This document shows positions 29,980 to 39,748 of a DNA stretch of 46,802 nt, in pieces. A model generated the notes under the pieces. The model did not search any database. It saw only the letters and a list, made by a program, of their open reading frames with translations, and was not told the DNA's origin. Origin of the DNA: Actinobacteria bacterium UBA7524 (GTDB lineage Bacteria > Actinomycetota > Coriobacteriia > Anaerosomatales > UBA912); contig DLMY01000028.1 in NCBI GenBank assembly GCA_002478275.1, forward strand, positions 1 to 46,802, in the 5' to 3' direction. The position numbers were made by a program, and so were the translations under genes. Position 1 is the first letter of the stretch, and the number at the start of each line of letters is the position of its first letter.

Positions 29980-31826
29980 TGTGTGGCATTTCCGGCTTCG
30001 TGACAGTGGGACAGCCACACGACGTGGAAGAGCTCAGGGACGCTCACGCCCTGCTTCGCCATCGTGGCCCAGATGACGAGGGGTACGTCTGCAGAACAGC
30101 AGACGGGATGATTCCGCTTCGAGGCGATGGTAGCGCAGAGGAATTCGGTCAACTCACCCACGTAAGCGAGGTTTCTCGGACCGATTTGTTCTTAGGTCAT
30201 TATCGCCTCTCGATCATCGATCCGACTCCGGGCGGCCATCAGCCCATGAGTGATGAGACCGGGCGCTATCACCTTGTCTACAACGGAGAGATATTCAACT
30301 ACATCGAGCTTCGAGCGACACTCGAGCAATCCGGACATGTCTTTCAGACGGATAGTGATACTGAAGTGGTGTTGCGAGCGCTGATTGCCTGGAGAGGGGG
30401 GGCGTTCACGCGCTTCAACGGCATGTGGGCGCTCGCATTCTGGGATGACGCTACAAGGACGCTGCTGCTGTCACGGGATCGTTTCGGCATCAAGCCGCTC
30501 TTCTACTCAGTCACTCAGGACACCATCTACTTCGCGAGTGAGGTCAAGGCGCTCAGAAGGGTATTGGGGCGAGGGACACTCAATGCTTCAGCCGCAACCA
30601 GGTACCTAGAACGTTGCCTGTTGAACGATCAGGCGGATACGTTCTGGTCTGACATCCAAGAGCTCCGTCCAGCCCACTCCCTGTGCTGGCAGAGTGGTTC
30701 GGTAACGGCACAAGCCTATTGGAGCCTTGTTGTTCGAACGGACTTCAGTGATGAGCAGGACGCCGCCGATGCGTTTGGTGCCCTGTTCGAGGACTCGTTG
30801 CGGCTCAGGATGCGGAGCGATGTATCGGTTGGCGCACTCCTGTCGGGAGGCTTGGACTCATCGCTCATAGTCAGCACGCTGCACAAGCTGGGACTCATGC
30901 GTGAAGGGCTGTTCGAGGTCTTCTCGGCCGTCTTCTCTGAAGAGGAGTTCAGCGAACGGCGGCATGTAGAAACGCTCGTCGACGAACTGGGACTGATGGC
31001 GCACTACGTGACGCCGAGTCCGGATATGCTCGAGTCAGACCTGGACAACCTTCTTCACTACCATGACCAACCCTTCCGCTCGCTGGCTGTGTACTCTCAG
31101 TACCTTCTCTATAGGACGGTCGCTCAAGAGAGTGACGTCAAGGTACTGCTCAACGGTCAGGGCGCAGATGAGCTGTTTGCTGGTTACACGCGGCATTACG
31201 CAGTGCTGTTAGGTGAGCTTCTTGCACGTGGACGCTTCAAGGGCTACTGGCGTGAGGCGCGTCTGTTCTCGAACAGCAGGGGCGTGCCATTGAGAGTGCT
31301 CCTGCGTCAGTCTCTGGGTCACGCGCGACGTGCGCTAAGTACAGAGGAGTACCTCAACGCGCAGCTAGAATCAGAAGTTACTGGATCCGCACTGCGGGAG
31401 TATCTTGCATATGAGGATCGAAACTCTATGTCGGCGAGTGTTGAGTCACGCGTGCCCTTCTTGGACTACAGAATCGTAGAACTCGCGTTCTCGATGCCGA
31501 GCTCGTTGAAGATAAGAGATTTCACCAGCAAGCGGGTAGAGCGGGCGTACGCGAGAGGCATTGTTCCTGCCAGCATCGTGAATCGCTCTGACAAGATGGG
31601 TTTCGTTTCTCCCCAGGAATTGTGGCAGCGCGAATCGGTGAAACCTCTTATCGAGTCAGGACGTCGTGATTTGGCGGTCTGGGTCGAAAGTGGTTTCCTG
31701 GCGGGCCGACGTGAGCTGGTGGAGCGCATGGACGGTTACCTGAGTGACCCCACTTCTGCTGACTGGGCATTCGCCTGGAGGGCGAGTTGCCTTGCTGCTT
31801 GGCTCCGCTTCAACGGCTTGTCCTAG
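29979..31826 (+). CDS. asnB: Asparagine synthase-like glutamine amidotransferase
   Basis: MCGISG, HRGPD, RLSIID, YNGEIFNY, RDRFGIKPL, LSGGLDSS, GQGADE, ESRVPFLD. Confidence 0.94.
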   Translation: MCGISGFVTVGQPHDVEELRDAHALLRHRGPDDEGYVCRTADGMIPLRGDGSAEEFGQLTHVSEVSRTDLFLGHYRLSIIDPTPGGHQPMSDETGRYHLVYNGEIFNYIELRATLEQSGHVFQTDSDTEVVLRALIAWRGGAFTRFNGMWALAFWDDATRTLLLSRDRFGIKPLFYSVTQDTIYFASEVKALRRVLGRGTLNASAATRYLERCLLNDQADTFWSDIQELRPAHSLCWQSGSVTAQAYWSLVVRTDFSDEQDAADAFGALFEDSLRLRMRSDVSVGALLSGGLDSSLIVSTLHKLGLMREGLFEVFSAVFSEEEFSERRHVETLVDELGLMAHYVTPSPDMLESDLDNLLHYHDQPFRSLAVYSQYLLYRTVAQESDVKVLLNGQGADELFAGYTRHYAVLLGELLARGRFKGYWREARLFSNSRGVPLRVLLRQSLGHARRALSTEEYLNAQLESEVTGSALREYLAYEDRNSMSASVESRVPFLDYRIVELAFSMPSSLKIRDFTSKRVERAYARGIVPASIVNRSDKMGFVSPQELWQRESVKPLIESGRRDLAVWVESGFLAGRRELVERMDGYLSDPTSADWAFAWRASCLAAWLRFNGLS

Positions 31827-33075
31827 GCGTGGCAGTGAGGCTGTCGAGTGTAGTGAGCCACCCTCTTGCGAGTGTCGGATACGCGAATCTATCGGGCACT
31901 CGAGTCCTGTGTCCTGTCGATGTCCCGCGTCGCCATGCGTCCTGAATACTGCGAAGGGTCGCGATGACATCTTCGGGGTCATCAGCCCGCACGCTCCATC
32001 CGAGCTGGTGGTCGGCAATCAGTCGCTCGATGTCGCCGCCGTAGTTGAGGCTTAGCGTCGGACGTCCGGCGTGCGCATACTCGAAGATCTTCGTCGACAG
32101 GGCGAAGGGTGCCGAACGGGCGTTGAAGTGAAGGCAGACGAGCGCCTCGACGATCTTGGCTGCGACCGCATCGTGAGAGATGCGTGGGTGAATCTCGATG
32201 GTTCCGGTGTCGACGAGGTCCACGAACTTGCGGGCGAGGTGGCTAGGAAATCCTCCGTAGAACTGGAAGATGAGGTCCGGAAACTCCTGCCGGTGTCTTG
32301 AGATCACTTCTAGCAGTGACTCAAGCGGTTCCTCGCGACCAGCGAAGAGATTCCCTGCATGTAGCAGTATTGGGCGTCCGGGTGGCCTGTTGTCGGCGGT
32401 TTGTAGGTCTTCGGGGTCATAGCCGTTGTAGATGACCCGAATGTCCGAGTCCGGTCGCTTCTCTCGCAGCAGCTTCGCCAGCCCGTCCGTCACTGCCACA
32501 ATGGTCTCGGCGGCTGCCAGAGCATGAACCTCCCGCGCGCGCTCAGCCTGTTGATATCGCGGCCATCGGTTCGCGTCGTTGAGGTCGGTCCAGGGGTCCC
32601 GGTAATCGACGATCAGTCGTGTGTGCGGGCGCAGCTTCTTAACCCTGGCCGCGTGATGGACCGCCCAGAACGGGGCGCCCGTGACCACCAGAGTCTCGAT
32701 GTCTCGTTTGTGCATCACGCGAGCGACTCTGCGGGGAAGCAAGTACCAGCCACGCGCTTCCGCGGAAAGGGGCCAGCCTCTCACGAACCGCGTGAGGACA
32801 CGCTCTGTGAACCAGCCGACCTTGCCGCCCAGTGTGGAACGATCGAATTCGCTTGCCCATAACCGATGCAGGCCGGGGCATGGCACGCGGTGGATTCTGA
32901 TATTCGGGTGACTGACGTGGTCAAGGGTCTCGTTCTCGCGCCCCCAGTCCACGGTGAACACGTCGATCTCGACTCCCTCACGCGCCAGGTACTTGCATAG
33001 CCTCGTCCACCTATGGGCCCCTACCTGCCTGTATGGTGGGAACTTGAATGCGACCAATGCGATGCGAAGTGGCAT
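31810..33075 (-). CDS. Glycosyltransferase family 4-like
   Basis: FPP..GAHR, DYRDPW, IYNGYD, HAG, STKIFEY. AGGAG RBS before ATG 33075. Confidence 0.85.
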   Translation of the reverse strand: MPLRIALVAFKFPPYRQVGAHRWTRLCKYLAREGVEIDVFTVDWGRENETLDHVSHPNIRIHRVPCPGLHRLWASEFDRSTLGGKVGWFTERVLTRFVRGWPLSAEARGWYLLPRRVARVMHKRDIETLVVTGAPFWAVHHAARVKKLRPHTRLIVDYRDPWTDLNDANRWPRYQQAERAREVHALAAAETIVAVTDGLAKLLREKRPDSDIRVIYNGYDPEDLQTADNRPPGRPILLHAGNLFAGREEPLESLLEVISRHRQEFPDLIFQFYGGFPSHLARKFVDLVDTGTIEIHPRISHDAVAAKIVEALVCLHFNARSAPFALSTKIFEYAHAGRPTLSLNYGGDIERLIADHQLGWSVRADDPEDVIATLRSIQDAWRRGTSTGHRTRVPDRFAYPTLARGWLTTLDSLTATPRTSR

Positions 33076-33188
33076 GCGTGCGACTCCTGCGAAGCTCGAT
33101 GGTTTCCTCGGCATGTGAAGCTCGTTCACCTCAGGCATTGTATGCGATAGTACCGAGAGACATCCGTTCGATGCTGAAGGGACCGAGC

Positions 33189-35009
33189 GTGGGGCAACAG
33201 CGCGACCCGCTTCGCATCCGTGCCATCAAGCGCATGATGGGGCGGCTGGCAATGCGACCACACGAGACATCCTTGCTCGTGTTGTTCGCTCTTCTCTACG
33301 CCCTGTCCGAAGGCTTCGGGCTGGGGCTGTTGATACCCATTCTTGATTATGTCGAGAAGGGTTCCACAGTGTTCGAGGGTGAGAGTGTCGGCTTTGTCTG
33401 GCACGGTTTGCTCGCCGTCACTGATCTACTTCGCATCCCGTTGAGCCTGGTCTCGCTGTTGGCGATCGCGTTCGTGCCTATCCTGCTCAGGCAGGCGGTG
33501 CAGTACGCCAATGTGGTGTACACGGTAGTGGTGCAGAGCAGAGCCGTGACACGGCTGCGCACGCGAGGCTTCGCGGCCCTCGCGCATGGGGACCTCTCGT
33601 TCGTTGCAGGTCAGGATCACGGATTCCTGGTGAGCTGGCTTACCACTCAGACTTCCCGCGCCGGGTTGGCGATCCTCCATTTCGTCAACCTCATCTCGGC
33701 CGGCATCTTGATCGTCGTCTACGTGATGCTCCTCTTGGTCGTCAAGTGGCAGCTGACGCTCATAGCCGTCGCTATCATGGCGCTTGTCTCGCTCGTGGTC
33801 CGCGGCAACCTGAAGCGCTCGAAGGTACTTGGCAAGGAGTCGACGAGGCGTCACAACGAGGTGTTCGCCTTGATCGGTGAGCGCGTCGGCGCACTCAGAC
33901 TCATCAAGATGCGTGGTCAAGAGGAAGCCGAGACCAGATCGGTCAGTGAAGCGGTCCGTCTGCTTGAGCAGACGCAAGTGCGCGTGACGAAACTGCGCGG
34001 CCTCCTGGAAGTCATCATCGACCCTGCCCTGATGCTTGGCGTGTTCGTCATTATCTACGTCGGCGTGGAGAACTTCGGGGTGACCATAGCGGGCCTCGGC
34101 ATCTTCATGTTCATCCTGTTGCGCCTGAACGCGAAGGTGAAGGAGTTCAACGTATTTCGGCAACAGCTGGCGACGTTTATCGAGAGTCTCGACTACGTGT
34201 ACGCCACCATCGAGCGTGCCGAACAATCCGAGCAGATCACAAGCGGCGAGCGAACGTTCGAGGGAGTGCGACAGGCTATCGAGTTTCGAGACGTCCACTT
34301 CTCTTACGAGAACGACGGCGATGCCACCGATGTTCTCAAGGGCGTGAGCTTCGACGTGCCTCGAGGCTCCGTAGCCGCCTTCGTGGGTCGTTCTGGTGCG
34401 GGTAAGTCGACGCTTGTCGACCTGGTACCTCGTCTTCGACAGGCTAGTGGCGGGCAGGTACTTATCGATGGTGTCCCGATCGAGGAATTCGAGTTGCGCT
34501 CGTTGCGACGTCGCATCGGATTCATGACTCAAGACGCGACGCTGTTCAACGACACGGTTCTTGGCAACCTGGTCTACGGACTCGATGAGGATGTCTCAGA
34601 AGAACGTATATGGCAAGCCCTCCGCGACGCCTATAGCGAGGACTTCGTTCGTGAGCTTTCCGATGGCCTGATGACTTGCATTGGGGACCGAGGCGTGCGT
34701 CTGTCCGGCGGACAGCGCCAGCGCTTGGGACTTGCGCGCGTACTCCTGCAAGATCCAGACGTACTCATTCTCGATGAGCCCACCAGTGCGTTGGACTCCG
34801 AGTCAGAGCTATACATCCAGCAGGCGCTTGAGGACATGCGGGGTGACAAGACTCTACTCGTGATCGCGCATCGCCTGTCTACCGTACAGCGCGCGGACCA
34901 GATACTCGTGCTGGAGGACGGCGAGATCGTTGAGCGGGGCACGCACGAGGAGCTCCTGGAGAAGAATGGGGCGTACCGGCGGCTCTTCGAGCTGCAGATC
35001 CATGCGTGA
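33189..35009 (+). CDS. ABC transporter permease/ATPase (MsbA/PglK-like glycan flippase)
   Basis: N-terminal TM domain; GRSGAGKST, LSGGQRQR, ILDEPTSALD, IAHRLST. Start approximate. Confidence 0.92.
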   Translation: MGQQRDPLRIRAIKRMMGRLAMRPHETSLLVLFALLYALSEGFGLGLLIPILDYVEKGSTVFEGESVGFVWHGLLAVTDLLRIPLSLVSLLAIAFVPILLRQAVQYANVVYTVVVQSRAVTRLRTRGFAALAHGDLSFVAGQDHGFLVSWLTTQTSRAGLAILHFVNLISAGILIVVYVMLLLVVKWQLTLIAVAIMALVSLVVRGNLKRSKVLGKESTRRHNEVFALIGERVGALRLIKMRGQEEAETRSVSEAVRLLEQTQVRVTKLRGLLEVIIDPALMLGVFVIIYVGVENFGVTIAGLGIFMFILLRLNAKVKEFNVFRQQLATFIESLDYVYATIERAEQSEQITSGERTFEGVRQAIEFRDVHFSYENDGDATDVLKGVSFDVPRGSVAAFVGRSGAGKSTLVDLVPRLRQASGGQVLIDGVPIEEFELRSLRRRIGFMTQDATLFNDTVLGNLVYGLDEDVSEERIWQALRDAYSEDFVRELSDGLMTCIGDRGVRLSGGQRQRLGLARVLLQDPDVLILDEPTSALDSESELYIQQALEDMRGDKTLLVIAHRLSTVQRADQILVLEDGEIVERGTHEELLEKNGAYRRLFELQIHA

Positions 35010-35043
35010 TCAGGACAGCTGAGGACGCTGGGGTGACGCGCAC

Positions 35044-36198
35044 ATGAACGTCGTCATGCTTCTCCACAACGACATGCGCGGCGATGCGCGCGTGATGCGT
35101 GAAGCGGAGACGCTTTCCTCGGCAGGGTATGAGGTGACGGTGCTGTGCCTTCGGGGTGAGGGGCTGCCTGATATCGAGGAGCGCGACGGCTACTCGATTC
35201 GCCGGGTGGCTGATGCAGGGAGCGCTACCTGGCGTCAACCGGCACGCAAGGTGGGCGAGAACCTCGGGCGTACCGCAAAGATGGTAGCTGCGGCCTCGGA
35301 GCTCAAACCCGATGTGGTGCATTGTCATGACACGGACACCTTGCCTGCCGGAGTGCAGGTCAAGCAGGCGACAGGCGTCTCGCTGGTCTACGACGCGCAC
35401 GAGTTGTTTCCGGACATGCTGTCGGGTCACGGTCGCAGCTTGCCGTTCGTGCAGATGTACTGGCGTGCGATCGAGAAGCGGGTGGTGCCACAGGCCGATG
35501 CGGTGATCACCGTCAACGACTCTCGGGCCGGTGTGCTGCGAGAGCGTTACGGGGTGAGCGCGCACGTGGTTCGCAGCGTGCCGGAGGTCGAGCCGCTGCT
35601 GCGTACGGATCGCTTGCGGGCCGAGTTGGGAATCTCGTCCGATATCGCGATTGTGCTGTATCAAGGTGGGCTCATCGGCGGACGTGCGCTCACGAGACTG
35701 GCAGCTGCGATGAGGGACGTGGACGATGCCGTGCTCGTCTTCCAAGGGGCCGGTTCGGAGGAGCCTGCCATGCGGTCTGTGGTTGAATCCCAAGACCTTG
35801 CCGACCGGGTGATTCTGGCTGGCTGGGTTCGGCCGGAAGAATTGCACGAGTACGCCTGCGGGGCAGATGTCGGCGTGGTGATATACGAGAACACGTCGCT
35901 GAACAACTATCACGCTGCCCCCAACAAGCTCTACGCGTATCTCATGGCCGGGCTGCCCATGGTCGCCAGTGACTTCCCGGGACTGCGCGAGATCGTTATC
36001 GGCGAGGATGTTGGCGGGGTGTTCGATCCTTCCTCGGCGGAGTCTATTGCAGCGGCCATGCGTGGGCTACTCGGTGAGCCTGTCCGACTTGCGCAGATGA
36101 GCGACAGGGCGCGCGAGCTTGCGGAGTCGCGGTACAACTGGGGGATGGAATCGCAGCGTCTGCTACAGGCCTACGAGACTCTGGGTGTGGGCCGGTGA
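35044..36198 (+). CDS. Glycosyltransferase family 4
   Basis: DARV.REA..L, HCHD, YDAHE, YQGG, PNKLYAY..AGLP. Confidence 0.9.
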   Translation: MNVVMLLHNDMRGDARVMREAETLSSAGYEVTVLCLRGEGLPDIEERDGYSIRRVADAGSATWRQPARKVGENLGRTAKMVAAASELKPDVVHCHDTDTLPAGVQVKQATGVSLVYDAHELFPDMLSGHGRSLPFVQMYWRAIEKRVVPQADAVITVNDSRAGVLRERYGVSAHVVRSVPEVEPLLRTDRLRAELGISSDIAIVLYQGGLIGGRALTRLAAAMRDVDDAVLVFQGAGSEEPAMRSVVESQDLADRVILAGWVRPEELHEYACGADVGVVIYENTSLNNYHAAPNKLYAYLMAGLPMVASDFPGLREIVIGEDVGGVFDPSSAESIAAAMRGLLGEPVRLAQMSDRARELAESRYNWGMESQRLLQAYETLGVGR

Positions 36199-37826
36199 GA
36201 GTCCTGCTCGTGACATATGAGTTCCCGCCGCGAGGAGGTCCGGGTGTCCAGCGGCCACTCAAGCTCGCCAAGTACCTGGGCGAGTTCGGGTGGGATGTGG
36301 GCGTTCTGACGGTCGAGGATCCTCCGACCGCACTTCTGGACGACACGCTGCTCGACGAGCTTCCAGGAGAAGTCGAGGTTCTTCGTAGCTGGTCGCTGGA
36401 GCCGACCCGTCTGCTCCAGGCTCTGCGCAGGGGTCGTCGTGGCCAAGCGGGATCCGCGGGTAGCGGGTCCGGTGGCGGGTCGGTCAAGGGCTATTCGGGG
36501 GCTCCGTCGGGAATCGTCCGGTTGGTCCAGGGTCTGTTCGTGCCGGATGAGAAGCGTTACTGGAAGCCCTGGGCCGTGCGCAGGGCCATCGCAGCGCTTG
36601 CCGGGGACACCGCACCCGACATCGTCGTCTCGAGTGGACCTCCGCACACCGCGCACCTGGTAGCGTCTACGCTTGCTTCGAGATTCCGCGTTCCTCACGT
36701 ACTGGACCTACGCGATCCATGGGTCGGGTATTTCGCCGCGACCTACCTGACGCCGTTTCATCGCTGGCTGGACGAGCGGATCGAACGCCGGGTCGTGCAG
36801 CAGGCTGCGGCGGTGGTGACGGTGAGCCGCGCGATTGCGGACGATTACCGCGCGCGCTATCCGGGCCTTGCGGTGCACGTGATTCCCAATGGATACGACC
36901 CGGCCGATCTGCCCGAGGNNNNNNNNNNNNNNNNNNNNNNNNNNNNNNNNNNNNNNNNNNNNNNNNNNNNNNNNNNNNNNNNNNNNNNNNNNNNNNNNNN
37001 NNNNNNNNNNNNNNNNNNNNNNNNNNNNNNNNNNNNNNNNNNNNNNNNNNNNNNNNNNNNNNNNNNNNNNNNCGACCCGGCCGATCTGCCCGAGGCCCGC
37101 TTTGACGCGGACGGCACCTTCACCATTTCGTATACAGGCACCTTCTCGGGGTCCCGCACCCCGGAGACGTTCTTTCAGGGAGTCGCGCGTGCGGAAGCTC
37201 AGAATCCCGCTCTCGGACAGGAAACACGCGTCGTCATGGCCGGCGTGGGCGCGGAGGCCGAGGAGCAAGCACGCCGTGCCGGTGTGCGCTCCGTCGTCGA
37301 AGCGTTGGCGACCACGCTCGATGAGTACCGNNNNNNNNNNNNNNNNNNNNNNNNNNNNNNNNNNNNNNNNNNNNNNNNNNNNNNNNNNNNNNNNNNNNNN
37401 NNNNNNNNNNNNNNNNNNNNNNNNNNNNNNNNNNNNNNNNNNNNNNNNNNNNNNNNNNNNNNNNNNNNNNNNNNNNNNNNNNNNNNNNNNNNNNNNNNNN
37501 NNCTGCTCATCTTGTCTGACGGCGAGGAGAGCCGGGTGTCGCTGTCGGGCAAGGTGTTCGAGTACATCGGGCTTCGGCGTCCGGTGTTGGCCGTCGTAGG
37601 TGAGGGGGAGGCGGCAGATCTCGTGCGCGGTTTGGCCGGTGGCCAGGTCGCGCGATTCGATGACCCCGACGACATCGCACGCGCGATCCTTGCGATGCAT
37701 CGCGCGTGGAGGAACGGTGAGCTTTCCGGTCCTACGCCAGACCAGGCCGCAGAGTACAGCCGGATCCGTCAGGCGGAACGCTGGTCGCGATTGCTCGGCT
37801 CGCTCGTTGAAGGGACCTCCCCATGA
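36195..37826 (+). CDS. Glycosyltransferase family 4 (spans two N-gaps)
   Basis: YEFPP.GGPGVQR, DLRDPW, IPNGYD, YTGT, GKVFEY. Confidence 0.88.
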   Translation: MRVLLVTYEFPPRGGPGVQRPLKLAKYLGEFGWDVGVLTVEDPPTALLDDTLLDELPGEVEVLRSWSLEPTRLLQALRRGRRGQAGSAGSGSGGGSVKGYSGAPSGIVRLVQGLFVPDEKRYWKPWAVRRAIAALAGDTAPDIVVSSGPPHTAHLVASTLASRFRVPHVLDLRDPWVGYFAATYLTPFHRWLDERIERRVVQQAAAVVTVSRAIADDYRARYPGLAVHVIPNGYDPADLPEXXXXXXXXXXXXXXXXXXXXXXXXXXXXXXXXXXXXXXXXXXXXXXXXXXXXDPADLPEARFDADGTFTISYTGTFSGSRTPETFFQGVARAEAQNPALGQETRVVMAGVGAEAEEQARRAGVRSVVEALATTLDEYXXXXXXXXXXXXXXXXXXXXXXXXXXXXXXXXXXXXXXXXXXXXXXXXXXXXXXXXXXLLILSDGEESRVSLSGKVFEYIGLRRPVLAVVGEGEAADLVRGLAGGQVARFDDPDDIARAILAMHRAWRNGELSGPTPDQAAEYSRIRQAERWSRLLGSLVEGTSP

Positions 37827-38950
37827 GAGTCATCCTCGTCGCCGCGGCGACCTCTACGACCGGTGGCGGGGAGCGCCACGTCGCGGACTTGTTGCGCCAC
37901 CTGCCCGGCGCGGGCGTCGAGATCGTGCTGTGCTGTCCGCCGGGCGGTGATCTGACCGCACTGGCCGCAGAACTCGGCATACCGGTCTACCACGCGGCTA
38001 TCGAGTCCGGGCTTACTCCGGCTGCCGTTGCGTCCGTGCGCCGTGCGATCGCGGAGTCGGGAGCCGACCTCGTGCACGCCCACGGGTCCCGGGCGGCGTT
38101 CTTTGCCAGACTCGCCGATCGGCAGGCGGCCGAGCGGGGCGTCTACACCGTGCACGGCATCCACGTTGACAAGGCGGGGTCGCTGCTTAGGCGAAAGACG
38201 TTCCTCGGCGCTGAAAGGGCTTTGCGTGAGCGGACGCTGCGCTTCGTGTGTGTCTGTGAGTCCGACGTGGGCAAGGGCGCTGCGCTGGGGCTGCTAGACC
38301 GTGCGCGGACGAGCGTCATCTACAACGGTATCGAGCCGCAGGGCGGCGGGGCCGCTGCGTCGGCTGAGCTCGGCGCGTTTCGTGCGGAACTCGGCGTGGA
38401 GCCGGACGTGCCGCTCGCGCTGTCGGTCGGGCGCTTCCACGAGCAGAAGGACCAGCGCACGCTACTCGATGCGTGGTCGCGGGTGGCCGTCAGGGTGCCC
38501 GATGCGGTGCTCGCGCTTATCGGCTCCGGTCCGCTCGAGGGTTCGCTGCGCGAGCACGCGGTCGCGCTCGGGCTGGAGGAGTCGATGCGGTTCGTGGTTC
38601 CTCGGCAGGGATTGGGGGCGGCGTACGCGGATGCGGACGTGTTCGTGCTGTCCTCGCTGTGGGAGGGCTTTCCGTACGTGGTGCTCGAGGCGATGGACGC
38701 CGGGTTGCCGGTGGTCTCGACGGCGGTGGACGGGATACCCGAGGCGGTGACGGACGGTGTCGAAGGGCTGCTGGTGGTGGCGGGCGACGCCTCGGCGTTG
38801 GCGGCGGCGGCCGGCGCGCTGCTGGGCGCTCCCGAGCGTGCGCGGGCGATGGGTGCAGCGGGGCGCGAGCGTGTGGAGCGCGAATTCACGCTGGAGCGCA
38901 TGGTCGAGGGGTACGTGGGGTTGTTTGAGGGGCTCCTCGGCGGGGGTTAG
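37823..38950 (+). CDS. Glycosyltransferase family 4
   Basis: GGGERH, VHAH, YTVHG, IYNGI, GRFHEQK, SLWEGFPYVVLEAM. Confidence 0.93.
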   Translation: MRVILVAAATSTTGGGERHVADLLRHLPGAGVEIVLCCPPGGDLTALAAELGIPVYHAAIESGLTPAAVASVRRAIAESGADLVHAHGSRAAFFARLADRQAAERGVYTVHGIHVDKAGSLLRRKTFLGAERALRERTLRFVCVCESDVGKGAALGLLDRARTSVIYNGIEPQGGGAAASAELGAFRAELGVEPDVPLALSVGRFHEQKDQRTLLDAWSRVAVRVPDAVLALIGSGPLEGSLREHAVALGLEESMRFVVPRQGLGAAYADADVFVLSSLWEGFPYVVLEAMDAGLPVVSTAVDGIPEAVTDGVEGLLVVAGDASALAAAAGALLGAPERARAMGAAGRERVEREFTLERMVEGYVGLFEGLLGGG

Positions 38951-38996
38951 AGGCTGTTAAGACGGCTGCGGTAGGGTCGGGGTGCCGGTGTCGGGC

Positions 38997-39098
38997 GCCG
39001 ATCGCCTCATGCGCATCCTGTGGGCGCACCCAGAGCTTCTGCCCGAGCTCGGCTACGTCGCCCGCGAGGGCCGCGGACCCTACCGCAAGCGGAAGTGA
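38997..39098 (+). pseudogene. Orphan 3' fragment (last 33 codons) of an MqsA-type antitoxin
   Basis: Translates ADRLMRILWAHPELLPELGYVAREGRGPYRKRK*, identical to the C-terminus of the 39256 protein, with no matching 5' part. Confidence 0.88.
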
Positions 39099-39112
39099 CC
39101 GCGCGGCTCCAC

Positions 39113-39165
39113 TTGTCCCAAACCATGCGACATGATATATTTGGACTACGCGAACCCCTCTCGCG
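39113..39165 (+). promoter_or_regulatory. Promoter and short hairpin of TA unit 1
   Basis: TTGTCC-17 nt-TATATT (39113-39141), then CGCGA-acccctc-TCGCG. Confidence 0.65.
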
Positions 39166-39179
39166 GAGTGCGATCGATC

Positions 39180-39245
39180 ATGCTGCTGGGGGCAGGCGAT
39201 CAGTTTGTCATCCTGACGCTGTGCCTGGACGGCAGCGCACATTAG
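39180..39245 (+). pseudogene. MqsR-like toxin remnant (21-codon mini-ORF)
   Basis: MLLGAGDQFVILTLCLDGSAH* resembles the toxin C-terminus GGILVLSFCDDGEAH* and sits in the same position, just before the antitoxin RBS. Confidence 0.65.
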
Positions 39246-39255
39246 GAGGCTCGAC

Positions 39256-39711
39256 ATGACGGAAGCCGCAAGACTGACAGAATGCCCGCTTTGCGGCAGG
39301 GACGACATACGGCAGGTGGACACCCCTGTCGAAGAGTCCGAAGGCGGACGCACCTACTTCATCGAGGGCATACTCCGGGACCGCTGTGATGCGTGCGAGG
39401 AGGAGTACTTCGCCGCCGGGCAACTCGACCGGATCGCCCGCGCGGCGGTCGCCCTCGCGCGCGCCGATCTCGGTCGTCTCACCTCCGAGGAGATCCTAGA
39501 GCTCCGTCACGACCTCGGCATCACCCAGGCCGAACTCGAGTCGCAGCTCGGAGTCGGCACCGGTACCGTCGGTCGATGGGAGCGCGGCACCGTGCTGCAG
39601 GGAGGTACCGCCGATCGGCTCATGCGCATCCTGTGGGCGCACCCCGAGCTTCTGCCTGAACTCGGCTACGTAGCCCGCGAAGGCCGTGGCCCCTACCGCA
39701 AGCGTAAGTAA
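39256..39711 (+). CDS. mqsA: MqsA/YgiT-family antitoxin (Zn finger plus XRE HTH), copy 1
   Basis: CPLCG..CDAC, LT.EEI.ELR..LGITQAEL..LGVG..TV.RWERG. AGGAGG RBS. Confidence 0.88.
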   Translation: MTEAARLTECPLCGRDDIRQVDTPVEESEGGRTYFIEGILRDRCDACEEEYFAAGQLDRIARAAVALARADLGRLTSEEILELRHDLGITQAELESQLGVGTGTVGRWERGTVLQGGTADRLMRILWAHPELLPELGYVAREGRGPYRKRK

Positions 39712-39748
39712 CTTCGCGGCCCAATAGGCCGAACCCGGTCGCAAGGTC

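Noticed and set aside
36430..36495. Gly/Ser-rich stretch GRRGQAGSAGSGSGGGS
   Set aside because: A low-complexity loop at a normally variable GT4 position, not a tandem repeat or phase-variation tract.
36897..37502. Repeat cgacccggccgatctgcccgagg around an N-run, and the odd sequence before the next gap
   Set aside because: Same assembly artefact. The true GT4 is shorter than 543 aa.
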